From Chiloscyllium plagiosum (Eukaryota), in the NCBI RefSeq assembly GCF_004010195.1, contig NC_057718.1:41561803-41625802 (forward strand): 64,000 nucleotides of DNA, in the 5' to 3' direction. The notes beneath the pieces are model-generated. The model was not told the origin of the DNA, ran no database searches, and was given only the letters and a program-made list of their open reading frames with translations. Positions 26,230 through 38,171 of the stretch are shown one piece after another. How positions within the stretch are numbered: the stretch's first letter is position 1; every line of letters begins with the position of its first letter. Both the position numbers and the translations under genes were made by a program.

Positions 26230-26550
26230 AACTCCTTTTTTGGGATGATAGGCATTGTTGATGAGACTAGCATGCGGATCCCAAATTACTAATGAACTAA
26301 GTGAATTGTTAGATATTTGAGGGCAGTTAAAAGTCAGTATTATCGCTATGGATCTGGAGTCCCATGTAGATGAGAATGGATGAGGATGGCAGATTTCCTT
26401 CTGTAAAGGACACTAGTAAATCAGACTCTTTTTAAAACAACTGATGATATGGTCATTTATAATTCCTGACTTACCAATTGAATTTCGGCTCCACCAGCTA
26501 TTGTGGTGGGATTAAATCCCATGTCCCAGAGCATTAGCTTTAGCCCACTG
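26230..26550 (-). mobile_element. Older tRNA-type SINE (second family)
   Basis: Reverse-complement homology to 24390-24690. Confidence 0.65.
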
Positions 26551-27140
26551 ACATCTCCTGCCAGGTTTGGTGGTGATGAGGAACTTGATCCAAAGTCCTG
26601 TACTTGTTTTGTGTAATTGGGGCATTGCCTCGCCTCACCTCGCCTCTTACTTATTCAGTTTCTGCATGTTACATACAGGCAAGGGGTGACATGTTCCCAG
26701 ACCAGAGAGAAATCATAGACCCTGGTGCTTCTCCTGCTGCTCCCCCATTGCAATATGACACATGTTACAAACATGGCTTTGTCAGTCAATTGTGCACAAC
26801 TTGATTGTTCATATTATGCTACAGCTCCACCTTTTTGACATCAGTAATATCAAAAAGGTTTGAACCCCACAAGCACAACAAGGAACAATCCTCTGTACAA
26901 ATGTAAAAATGTTGAACCAGCAGTGACATATTATGTTGGCACATAACACCTGGTTTTACTTCCAAGTTTTAAAAAATGGCAAAACCTTCCAGTAAATTAG
27001 TACCATCAAATTTGTTATTTTTATCCACACAAGCGGGCTTTGTTAACAGAAATATTGCATCTTGCACTGAGAGATAAATATTTTCTCAGTTTAAGTTGAA
27101 GCAAGCCGTATTTATATCTGCCCAATGGGGAGAATATAAC

Positions 27141-27345
27141 AGAAAAACAAAATACTGTCAATGCTGGAAATTTTAAGGAAAATTACTGGAAATATTCAGC
27201 AGGCCAGACAGGATGATGAGAGAGAGAGAGAAGAGGAGAAATAGGACTTCAGGTTCATGATCTGCACTAATTCAAATGGAAGGTCAGTGAACTCAGTGTC
27301 TCTCTGCACAGATGTTGCCAGATGTGCTCAGCATTTCCAACACTT
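27141..27345. mobile_element. Degraded palindromic copy of the 8501-type repeat
   Basis: TGGAAATATTCAGCAGGCCAGACA...TCTCTCTGCACAGATGTTGCCAGATGTGCTCAGCATTTCCA. Confidence 0.55.
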
Positions 27346-27934
27346 CCCACCTCTATTAGTTTTTGCCAGCCTTGCAAAAACAATCAGTCAGGCGTCTTGT
27401 GAGTCTTGCATTCCCCTTCAGCAAAAAACCCAGCAGCTGTTGCCTGTGATTGGGCTTGGCACAACATTAAACATGAACTTCAAAAAAAAGGCCCAGGTAG
27501 GCAAAACAAAAACCACATACAACTTGCTGAGGCAAAATCATTCATTGTTAAATGAATAATTAATAAAAATGATCGTTAAAATGCAAGTCAGGATATCTAA
27601 CCAATAAAACTTCTTGGCTTTATCACTCAAGAAGCAAGGTAGAGGTATACAGACCAGCCCCAAGATGTGGTCAACAGGGGGAGGGTACTGCACAAGATAT
27701 GGAGTTGAGTTTCACTAACACGGACCCTGCACTCACCTCTAGTGCCTCAGACTTTAAACTAATCTTGATGGAATACATTTGAAGATGGGATTCAGATGTA
27801 AGTTGCCTTTCAGCCTGGGTTTCTCTCCTTTCCTTATTTGGTGTATGTGTGGATAAGTTTTTGGGAAGGGAAAAAGGGTGCATGCCCCAAACCAAGCATG
27901 TGTGTGTGCCCAAATCACAACCACTCTCCAGATT

Positions 27935-28165
27935 CTCTCTCATTTACTCTCTCACTCTCCTGTTACTCTCATTCACTCAGTGTCTCTCACACCCACTTAC
28001 TTATTTATTCTTTCTTATTCACACTCACCTGCTTTCCCACACTCACTCACTAATGGTCACATTCACTCCCTTGCTCATACCCAGTTATTTCCAAGTTCCC
28101 TCTCTCTCACACATTTGCTGACTTACTCACTCACTCACTGTCTCACAATCACTGCCTCACTAACC
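27935..28165. repeat. CT/CA-rich low-complexity tract (degenerate TCAC repeats)
   Basis: Repeated ctcactcactc motifs. Confidence 0.75.
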
Positions 28166-29811
28166 CTCATCATCAAGGGAAGACTGAGATCGGGAGGAAA
28201 CGTATGAATATCAACCTTTAGAAGAATACTCAGAACCAGACACAGAGGAGGAAGTTTTGGAGGAGGAAGTAGACAAGGATCGTGTCGTAAAATCTCCAAA
28301 CCCTGCACCTTCATATTCTGACTGGAGATTTGAGAATATGGAACAAGTAAGAATCTGTCCCCATTATTGAAATTTCAGGTTATTGATAAAGCCTCAGCCT
28401 ACAGTCCTCACCACAAACAAAGCCAGAAATATAGGTTCCCGTAATATGTCAGAGGGAGGATTTCAGGTCAGGGAGATCACTCAGGAAGCTGAAATGCTGG
28501 GGTTTAGGGTAGGAGCCATGTCATATATAGCATCACGAGAGAGGGAGGCGGTTTAGTTGAGAAGCTGGCTCCAGGGGTGTGTTGGTGGCAGGTCAGGGAG
28601 CTTGCCGAGTGATGAAGGATCCATCAGCCATGATTCCACACATGCTGAGTGAGAGGGAGGGAGGTCTGATGCTGAGAAGGTGTCCTGGGTTTTAGGATGG
28701 TCATGGAGATGAAGTTGTCATCATCAGCCAATAGCATCATGTGTGAGCAGGTAAGTGGTCAGGATATTAGATCCACATGGTTTGGTCCAGGTAGGACAGG
28801 ACCATACACCACCATTAAGCGAGATGGCTGAGAAGGACCTTCAGGTGAGAGGTGTGAGACACTAGCAACTTTATTTCTATTCATTGAACTTGTCCTCAGT
28901 AGCCTGCACTTCCAAACAGGTCCACTTGTCCAACATATGGTCCACAACATGAGTCACACATCGTTGGAAAAAAGGAGGCAGTTCACTGACTGGGGAATCT
29001 GATGCATCCCATTGGCTCAATGATAGCTGTTCGTTGGACCCCAGCAATCATTGGCCAATTAGCTTGACAATTGGCATGGTTCACATGCCAGATTAGCTGC
29101 TTTGGACACAGACCACCCAGTTTGACAAGCTGCATGGCCAATGAGCCCAAGCCTTTTAGAGACACGGGCCCAGAGATTCTTACAGCCTGCAGGCTGGCCT
29201 CAGTCCCCAAACTACTTTTAGTACCTTAGGTCATGTCATTTGACCCGTCACTTGTAGGTGTGCAAAACCAGGCTGAAGTGACCCACTCTCAATCTCTCCA
29301 TCCTTATGGTGGGAAAGATGTCTGACGACTGCACTGTACTTTTTCTGCTTGGCACTATTAAAAGTATTACTCATTCTGCAGAGAACTGCATATGTGTTTT
29401 ACCGTGCTGCACCCATTAATAAATAAGTACTACACTCAGCACGTCAGTTTTCCTTCATATTTTGTCAAAGTTTGTCTAATACATCCTAATCTAAAATGGA
29501 CAAGTATCAAATTATGAAAGAGGTTCCAAAGACTGCAGTTTGGAAGAGATGGCACTCTGAATGTGGGTTTAAGAGACTGGAAAGGACATGGTAGGAAAGA
29601 AGCAATGAGGGTGGAAGCATGACTATTCTCGACAAATCAATATAAACATCAAAACCTGTATATTGCTGTGAAGTAACAGCAATCCGAAATCAGAGGGATA
29701 GTGGTGAGTGTCTCTCTTTCCTCCTTTAAATGTATAAAAAGGAAATATCATTGCAGGGAAGTATAAAGAATAGGGAGTCTCAAGTAAATAATTGACAAAG
29801 TTAAATCAAAT

Positions 29812-30455
29812 ATGATAGTGATGGCAGGGTGCGTGTTGTGTTGCTGCTGCAACATGTGGAAGCTGCTGGACACCAATGTGATCCAGAGCAGACACATCTG
29901 GAGTAAATGTTTGCAGCTCGGGGAACTTTGGACCTGTGTTGAGGAGCTGGAGTCTGTGCTGCAGACATTGCATCATATCAGAGAAGGAGAACATTACCTG
30001 AACACTTTGCTCCAGAGGACAGTCACACCTTTCAGGACAGGTAAAGTTCGCCTGTGACCAGAAACTGGAAGATGTGACTGACGCTAAGGCAGGTATGGGG
30101 ACCCAGAAGGTTAAAATTCAGGAGTCTCGACCTCTGCAATTGTCCAGCAGTTACAAGATTCTTGCATGTTGAGCAGGTGAAAGTGAAGATTGCAGGATGG
30201 GTGAACAAACACACTTCAGCATCCTGATAATGGGAATCATTCAAGTGGCGGGAAGAAATAATAACGCAGTTATGGTAGGGTACAGTATAATTAGGTTAAT
30301 AGATACAGTTTTCTGCAGCCATGAGCAGGGGTCATGAAAGCTATGCTGCCTATCCGGGTTAAGGACAGCTTCTCAGGTTGGAGAGAAACTTGGACTGGGA
30401 GGAGAAGGATCCAGGTGTCATTGTCCACGTTGGTATGAACAGCATCAGTAGGATT
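29812..30455 (+). mobile_element. CR1-like LINE ORF1 remnant (Cys-rich/leucine zipper + SGNH esterase)
   Basis: CCNMWKL...SKCLQLGEL...EELESVLQTL; degenerate VVGDS-like (MVGYSIIR), LCCL and VIVHVGMN motifs. Confidence 0.75.
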
Positions 30456-30589
30456 GTTTTAGGCTGTTTATCAAAGGAAACATATGCTGGCATTTGGCTG
30501 ATACAGGAGAGGTGGGGGGGTTACAGAGGAACTATTTTAAACTTGATGGACTGAAAGGCACTTTCTTTGCTGTAGCCCTGTGTGCCTCT

Positions 30590-31020
30590 ATGAGAGATTG
30601 AATAGATTAATGTACTTGTTGGAACATAGAAGAATGATTGAAACATACATGATTCTTGGGGAACTTGATAGGTTAGATATGGAAAGGTTGTCTCCTCTTA
30701 TAGCAGATTATAGGAGCAGAGAGCATAATCTCAGAATAAGGGATCATGCATAAACAGAGAGATAAGGAGGAATGTCTTGTCTCAGAGGTGATGAATCTGC
30801 AGAATTCATTACCACAAAGGACTGTTGAGGCTAGGTCATTAAGCATATTCAAGGCTGAGACAGACAGATTTTTAATTAGTAAAGGAATAAGTGTGATTGG
30901 GAAAAGGACAGTAAAATGGAGTTGACTGCAGTCAGATCAGCCATGATCCCATTACATGGTGGAGCAGACTCAATGGGCTGAATGGCCTACTTCTGCTTCC
31001 ATGTCTTATATTTTTATGGT
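30590..31020 (+). mobile_element. Old CR1-like LINE 3' fragment
   Basis: Typical 3' UTR ...GATCAGCCATGATC...GGAGCAGACTCAATGGGCTGAATGGCCTACTTCTGCT. Confidence 0.8.
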
Positions 31021-33214
31021 TTCACAGTGTCAAGGCAGCATCTAACATCAGTTAATTTACCAACCTCCTCCAAGTTTTTCAGTTTAAAGAACTCTGCATT
31101 CTTGAATATTTTCCAGATCAATAAATTTCACAGTGAATGTAATTGGAAGATTCTAGAGATATGTCTACCAATTCTCCTGTGTTGTTACATGTTGTCAGTG
31201 ATATAAAACAAATTAAAGACATTCTTCAATAGATGTTACTATCTGGCTGGAGCTAACTTATTCCAAATCTTCTCCTCACTGACAAAACTTGAAAATATCA
31301 GAATAATGTTCCATAAACTACTTTGTGACAGTAACATGTGATAAATTAGCAAATGATTAAAAATTTTCCTGAATAGAAAGCTTTTTAGTTGCAGTCACTG
31401 GCCTTCCTAAATTAACTTGGTTAAATAAGTATATTTTGAAATGACTCCTGTGGAACTATATTTAAAACATGTAAAAAATAAACTTCCAGCAGTCACTTCT
31501 CGGCAAGCCTTCAGTTGAGCTGCACTAGTGAATAAAACCCATAAATGCAGACTATAAAATGCAGCCAGCAATACCCAACTTATGTATTATACTGTGCATG
31601 GCTGAAAGTCATAACGGCCCAACAGGAAAGAGCACTGAATACACACGTTTCCACACATGCCTAGAGCTCCACTCCCTGGTACTTTTTTTGTTAGGAGAGT
31701 GAGCTTAAGTGTCCACTTGCTCATGACGTTAGGAAGATTCAATATTAAGATGATAAAGTGCTCAGAAGTTGCAACAGACCACTTGAACATGGATGAAATA
31801 CAAACAAAATTGTGCATCTTCAGTTCAAATTCCTCGGAGAACAAGACAGTTAGGACAGTTCCAAATTTCCAGTCACATAAAAGATTCAATCTAAATTTCA
31901 TTCACTGAATTGTTTCAGATGGTTGTTTAACTATGTTGCAATACCACCAGTTGTTGTTTATAGGGATTTCGTGGGCATGGGGTTGAGGGGGGAGGGTGGC
32001 AAGGGAAACAAACATTTTTATATATAGTTTCCATGATCTTAATGCATTTTTGTCATTAAAATGAGGTTTAGAATATCACCTGTTTTGGGGTGTTTTATAA
32101 AATATATAAACCCTAAGATAGTTGCATATTTTTGATAACAGGCAGCAGCAATCAGAAATACCATCTGTAATCAGGTTTTCTGCCTAAGGCAACCACTGCA
32201 ATATAATCAAATCATTCAATAAAATGGCACTCATAGATTGGATCTAAGCCTGCTTCCACAAGCCAGCAAATGTTTTCATTGCTGCTGTCAACTGTGTGAT
32301 ACTGTGCTTTTTAACAAAAAAAATTGGACAAGAATGCCATACAGCATTGCAAACTTGCATAGGAAACTTGAAGACTACATATGCTTGTAAATGCAACCCT
32401 TGTTTAATTGGTGTTTCTCAAAGTATATTTTAATTATGATCTATTTGTAGTGACTAATTTAATGAATAGCTGTTTTTATTCTGTGGGATTCCAAAACTTC
32501 TTATCTGTATGTTTTGAAATTTCAATCCAGCACTTTCTTTGTCTACAATTTGGATGACAAGTTTGCAAAGATTGAAGTCATTCTTTGTTTAGATTACATG
32601 AGATTCTGGGAATCTTACCAGAGTTTTAGGATATTTTATAAATCCTTCTGTGAAAATCATAATCCAGTGGTATTTTAGGAATTTATACTCGAGTTACAGA
32701 AATGATATTCTAAATAAGAAGAAACTTTTTTTTAAATCTGAGAAATTATTTAGCATTGTGTGTCTAGGAAGTACAAATATATGATAAGTTATCAGATTCT
32801 AAAGCAGCACCTATAAAACAGTGAATATTCTCTATCATGTGTAGAGTACACCAGCAGCTAGAAGCTGCTGGTCACAACTGTTGTCTAAAATGTTAAAAAT
32901 TTCTCCAGAGCCAAATAATAATGAAGAAAAAAAAGTGAGGAAAATGAGTTGGAAGAAGGTTCACAGGATGGAGTGATGGCTTGGAATTTCCTGGAAAGTT
33001 TCAGTGAAATTATATTGCAAAATTGGAAGTGTGCCAGATTTTTCCAAGAAAATTTGTGCATAGCTGATTAGCACCAGTTTACCGCTGATACATCACAATG
33101 TGCAAATTGCCTCAATTACTTACAACACTTCTGAGATAAAGCTGCCAAAACTCTCTGCTGCTTATTTACATAGCTCAATCCCATGCAAAACACCAAGCCC
33201 CATACAGAAAATAT

Positions 33215-33660
33215 ATCAGTGCAGAAGGACACCATTCAGCCCACTGTGTCCATACTCTTTGCTCTCTGTGCAACAGACCCATTACTCAGTTCTACTGATG
33301 CAGCTCATTGCATTTAAACGCCTATCCAATGTCCTTCTGAAATAACTTATCTTCCAATGCCATTGTAAGCAAAAAAATCATTGTCATTATTACTTACTAC
33401 ATTAAAAACATTTCTTTATCATGTACCCCTTGCACCACTCGCCCAAAACCTTAAGTCTGTGTCTGTTGGCCTTTCTACCATCTGCTAATGTAAACAACTT
33501 TTCTTTGTCCACTTCATCTAAATTAGTTATAATCATTTACCCCTTAATCAGATTGCACCTCAATCTCCTTCACTTCAATTCCTGTTTCGCCCTGCTAAAC
33601 TCGTACCTAAAATTCCTCATCTCAGGTATCACTCTATTAAATCTACGTTGTATCCTCTAT
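33215..33660 (-). mobile_element. Degenerate CR1-like LINE 3' fragment
   Basis: CCATTCAGCCC...ACCTTAAGTCTGTGTC...CTCAATCTCCTT resembles the reverse complement of a CR1 3' end. Confidence 0.55.
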
Positions 33661-36600
33661 CCCTCACATTTCCTGGACTTATGCAATAAAATGAAATGCC
33701 CTGGAGTAGAATGAATGGCAAGTATTTAGGAATCTGATATTGACATAAATGGGAGTTCTGGAGTTTGACCAGGATTTTCCTCATAATTTGAAACAATACA
33801 CTTGCTGAGAGGTAGGTGTATTATACCTAACTAAAGTGTTGTTCTCCTTGAAATACTTTAACAGTCCCCGCATTTAGAAAGGTTAAAACTGTTGAAAACA
33901 TCCTCCCACTCTGCTTAACCATGTCCTATGTAATACTGGGAACCATGAAGCAGCAGGTGGAGGCATAAGGCTCCAAAAAAGAGGTGAAATGGCTGAAGAT
34001 AACACTTTGTTATTTCACCTGTTGATGGTGCTGTATTTGCACTTGTTTTATGCTGATTCTAACAGTATGCCATACAAACCAGGGCTCCACAATTTGGATC
34101 TACATTCTACAGCATGGCGAGTGCAGAAACCAGCAGAGGTTTTGATGTGGGTTAAATTCAATCGAGGAAATGCCAACATAAAAGAGTTATTTCTGGAAAG
34201 TGAACCAGTTGATTGTGTACTTCCTTAGGAAGTGGTGAAATTACAGGTTTTGAACAAATACAGTATTGGAAAAAAAAATCCTGAGGAATCCTGACTTGAC
34301 TTTCACCGGTGCCAGCTGCCTTAAAGTGGTTACAAATAAAAAGCAGCAGGTGAGGGGGCTCTGGAAAGGAACGCCTGGCTGGGTGGGAAAGGCTGAAAGG
34401 TGGACTTTCAACATCGTGTTGTCTTTTAAAAGGAAGATGCGTCTAAATGACTATTCGACAATCATTTCTTCCAGTCCCCTTCACTACCGCTGAACTGATG
34501 CAAGAAAACAGGAGGCGGTGTCAAGTAGCTGATGTCTAACACATTTTATGACGGTGCCCGTTGGAGGCGAGAAGTATACACGTAGGAAAAAAAACAAAAT
34601 TGCAAAGTCCGTGGCTCATGAAGCTTGGAACAGGCTATCTTTGGGCTTTCAGTGAGTAGCCACACAGCTCGCCGCCCTAAGGGGGGAGAAGCTGGAGTCT
34701 ATGTTCTGAGTTTCTCATGGTGGAGCATGTGTATATCCCATGCGCGGTGAGCACTAACCCCCAACCCCCACCCCGATTGTTTCGAAAGTCCTGCACCTTC
34801 ATTCCGTGAACTGAAAGCACTGGATCACTTTCTGCCTGTTCACCGGAGGACAGAGCAGAGAGCACTGAGGCTCAGACTGGGAGACTGCTGTTCCCTACAA
34901 AAAACATACACAGTCCTGGGGCAGTGCAAGTTCTGCACCACCACCCAGGCAGCAGACTGGAGATTGGAACAAGTCATTTGCACTCTGGAGTTTTGAACCT
35001 GGAACACACAGCATGCAAAATCGGAGCAAGAAGTTACAAGTTTAGCACCATGTGCGCCAGATTCTGAGGAATTATAGGGAAACCTTGTATTTACATAGCG
35101 CTTTGTAGGACATCCCCTCCCCATTACGCTTTACAGCTAAGAAAGCGACTTCTGTCTGCAGCACGAGTTTGCATTTGAACAAAAGCACTCACTTTCACTC
35201 TCAATCAGATTTACCCCCCCCATACAAATGAGTTTGAAAATATTTATAAGGAGAGAAACATGTCCATAAACGTGAATTGAAGTGAAACAGCTCACGGGCC
35301 CCGAAAGGTTTGAGATTTGCTTTCGGGGCGACTCGAAGTATATCACAACGTCAGTGTCTGGCCTCGATTTCTCGCTTATTATCCCAAGCGCCTTTTCCCT
35401 TCCGAGGCTGCATTCATATTCGGACCCAACAACTATTTAGGGCCAGTCTTCTTCACCAAGGTAACCAAAGCAGAAACACCACTGAGTCAAACCACACTCC
35501 TTCCTCGTTGTTTAGAAATATCGAGGAAGGTGCCCTCCAATAAACAGCAAGGAGATATAAATTCACCTGCCAATTGAGACATGATTCAGGGCATTAAAGG
35601 CAACTTTTTTTTTGAGTTTTTAAAGAGGGAAACGAATGTCTAAGCTGTTCTGATACCATCGTTATTATCTCACCACTATCCCTTTGACCCAGTGCTGGGG
35701 CGGAATGGTGTTGGCGTTCAGCCCAAGCTGAGAGTCTGACAGTGTTTCTATAACGGCCAAGGATATCACTGTACGTGAAACTGTACCCTGAGGATTGTGA
35801 GGCAGACCACTTCCGTCCTTTAACCGGGTGCAAAATGATTTGACGTGCACGTGTTCCGGACAGAAATAGCCATCCCACTTCATTGGGGGGGTGGGGTAAA
35901 CTCTGTTGTGAAGAGCTGTGGTCTGAACTGATAAAAACCTGGCCTAATAATTGTTGACATTGACCATGGTTACAATACTGAACCGTGGGAATACCTCAAA
36001 TTTCGACAGTTGTCCAAACTATGATATTGCGTTGTTAATAGGATAGGTCATCAGCTATTTAACAAAAACAAGCATACCCATGCACAGTCTGCAACAATTC
36101 TACGGGTTGGTTTCTGGTGCGGACCTCCTTGAAAAATCTCCTTTGACAATTTAGGGATGTGGAACAGATTTTTATAGATTTTCTACGTACGTTCTTCACA
36201 CAATCCTTCCGTTAAATTAACCACAGGAGAGCAGCAACAATATTTCCAAGCCAAAAAATGTAATTTTAGTTAATTTAAAAATAAAAGGTTATCTTTTTTT
36301 TTAAAAAAAAGCGTGAATTTCCACATTCTGTATCAGAAATGGACAAGTGCTGGGCAAGTTGCGAAATTCTCTCAAGTAAGCACTTGAAAAGTTGCAGAGG
36401 GTCGTTCAGCACTGAATGGGTTAAATGGTAGCTGGCGATCAGATTGTGTATCCATGAGCCTGCCTGCCGTGTTTATTTACACAGCACCTGTCTTGAAATT
36501 TCACCATTTCCACTGAAGACTGCAGCTTGGAGATTGTCTGATTAATATTTTTAGATAGGATTTCCGCGGGGCATCAGCCCAACGCGGTTCGTGGTCAGGC

Positions 36601-37036
36601 GACCGTGCATACTGCCCACAATCCAATTTACCGCTACAGGAAAATAAACAACTCAAGAGAGAGAAAAAAACTGTCCAGTCAACGCAGTGTGCCCTGTTCA
36701 AACTGTGGTGTTCAAATAGGCGAATACTTCACATTCCTCATGTGTGTATATCTAACATATTACATAATGATAGCACGAAAGCAAACTGCCAACTGAACGC
36801 TTTCGTAAATTCGGTTGTACATGCAAAAACGTTTAAGTCTTAAAGAGGAATGACATCCCTTTTTGTCGACACAGGTTTGGCATTCCAACTATCAGTGTCT
36901 TAAATAAAGCATTGCCAATCATAAATCTTGAGCCAAACTGGGGCGTTTTTGAAATAAGCAGATTTATATAAATACATTATCCCCGGAGGCTGACAAAAAG
37001 GGATACAAACTCTTTTAAGTTGCTGCTTTTGCTTAC

Positions 37037-37382
37037 TTTCAGGGTAGCTAAATGGGTTCATGTCAATCTTGTAAACTTCTTTCGCGTAATATTCCTCTTC
37101 GCTCCTCTCCCGTTCACAAGTCGCTGCCCTCTCGTTCGCTTTCTCAAGAAGCAAATCCCTGGTGCTGTTGTAAATCGCGATCACCTCGTTGGAGACCTCC
37201 TCCGGCTCCGGGTAATGTTCCGGGGGGTTGGTGAGTTTCAGTTTGCTGAGGATTTGCCCACGGATCGCCTCGATCCGCTTCTTCATGAACTGCTCCATGT
37301 CGAGGGTGTTGCAGGTCGATAAGCAAGCGGCGATCATTGCAAAATCCAGCGTGAGAAAAACCGTGAAAATGGAGTAGTGCAT
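37037..37382 (-). CDS. TGFB2: Transforming growth factor beta-2 proprotein, coding exon 1 (signal peptide + N-terminal latency-associated peptide)
   Basis: Translation [50 protein letters not shown]...[14 protein letters not shown] matches the TGF-beta2 N-terminus (LSTC motif, [20 protein letters not shown]). ATG at 37382-37380; donor GAAA|GTAAGC at 37037/37036; 346 nt, phase 1. Confidence 0.97.
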
Positions 37383-37411
37383 TTTCAAAGCTGGGCAGTT
37401 TGGAAAGTTGA

Positions 37412-37443
37412 AGAGAGAGAGAGAGCAAGAGAGAGAGAGAGAG
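37412..37443. repeat. (GA)n microsatellite just upstream of the TGFB2 start codon
   Basis: agagagagagagagcaagagagagagagagag. Confidence 0.9.
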
Positions 37444-38013
37444 TGGGTGGTAAGGGCCAGGGAAACAAGAGAGTCAGCTGCAGCTTGTGACCGTCACGCG
37501 AAAAGAATCAACAAGTTAAATATTTACAATAAAAGAAAAAAAACATAAAGAGGAAAGGCACTTTTTGTTGCTATTGTTTAACCTTGATTCTCAAGTCCTG
37601 TGCAGTTCAGTGACTCGCTTTTGGGTGCAGCTGCAGTCCAGGCGCTAAAAACTGCTTCTGCCGAGGCTCAACACACCTTCACTTCATCGCAGTCCCGAGG
37701 AATTCTTTCAACTTCTCTCTCTCTCTGTCAGTCTCTGCTTTCTCCAGTTTTGAAAAAAGTCAATAAAACAGCAGCTTTATTTTTCTCGGTTGAATTCTCC
37801 TGCGGTCCAGGGTGAAGTTAAAGGGGGAAGAGAATCTTACACACGAGGGGGAGGGGGTGAGAATAATGAATTTGTCAAAAAAAATTGAGTTCAATTTCTT
37901 TTAAAAAAAGACTGGCAAGAAGTGGAAAAAATTGATGTATATGAGAAGGAATCTTGTCCTTGGCAAACCGTTATTTTTGCTGCTCCATCCTCTAGTCTGA
38001 CAGCCCAAGCGGG

Positions 38014-38042
38014 GAGTGAGTGAATGAGTGAGTGAGTGAGTA
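38014..38042. repeat. (GAGT)n tetranucleotide repeat in 5' UTR
   Basis: gagtgagtgaatgagtgagtgagtgagt. Confidence 0.85.
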
Positions 38043-38088
38043 AGAGAGAGAAGCACAGTCTGTACAGTGTGCGTGTCAGTGAGCGACT

Positions 38089-38171
38089 TGCCAGCAGATA
38101 ACATCAGGCTGCACAGGGAGACCTTTATAATGTCTCACTTTACCACGTGTTGCCTCCATGGAGTGACGTGG
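38089..38171 (-). promoter_or_regulatory. TGFB2 core promoter: CRE/ATF-like CACGTCA (38164-38170), E-box CACGTG (38144-38149), TATAAA (38124-38129)
   Basis: Motifs read directly. Order and spacing match the described mammalian TGFB2 proximal promoter (CRE/ATF ~-74, E-box ~-50, TATA). Confidence 0.85.

Larger units (their letters stand above)
6796..37036 (-). other. TGFB2: TGFB2 intron 1 (30,241 bp, GT-AG)
   Basis: Bounded by the exon 1 donor and exon 2 acceptor; rich in repeats. Confidence 0.9.
37383..38105 (-). other. TGFB2: TGFB2 5' UTR (~0.7 kb; TSS approximate)
   Basis: Lies between the TATA box and the ATG; contains (TC)n and (TCAC)n tracts; its 5' end TGATGTTATCTGCTGGCA resembles the mammalian TGFB2 mRNA 5' end as I recall it. 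Confidence 0.7.

Noticed and set aside
27840..29300. Harbinger Myb/SANT accessory gene remnant or host exon
   Set aside because: Low-complexity and decayed; no motif I can support.
6796..37036. Ortholog of the mammalian 84-nt alternative TGFB2 exon (long isoform)
   Set aside because: Candidate acceptor/donor pairs I tried (e.g. 32619-32709, ~32800-32884) contain in-frame stops. I could not find it by eye, so absence is not proven.
36900..37388. Full 162-aa ORF as a single protein
   Set aside because: It starts at a TTG two codons before the true ATG and runs past the GTAAGC donor into the intron.
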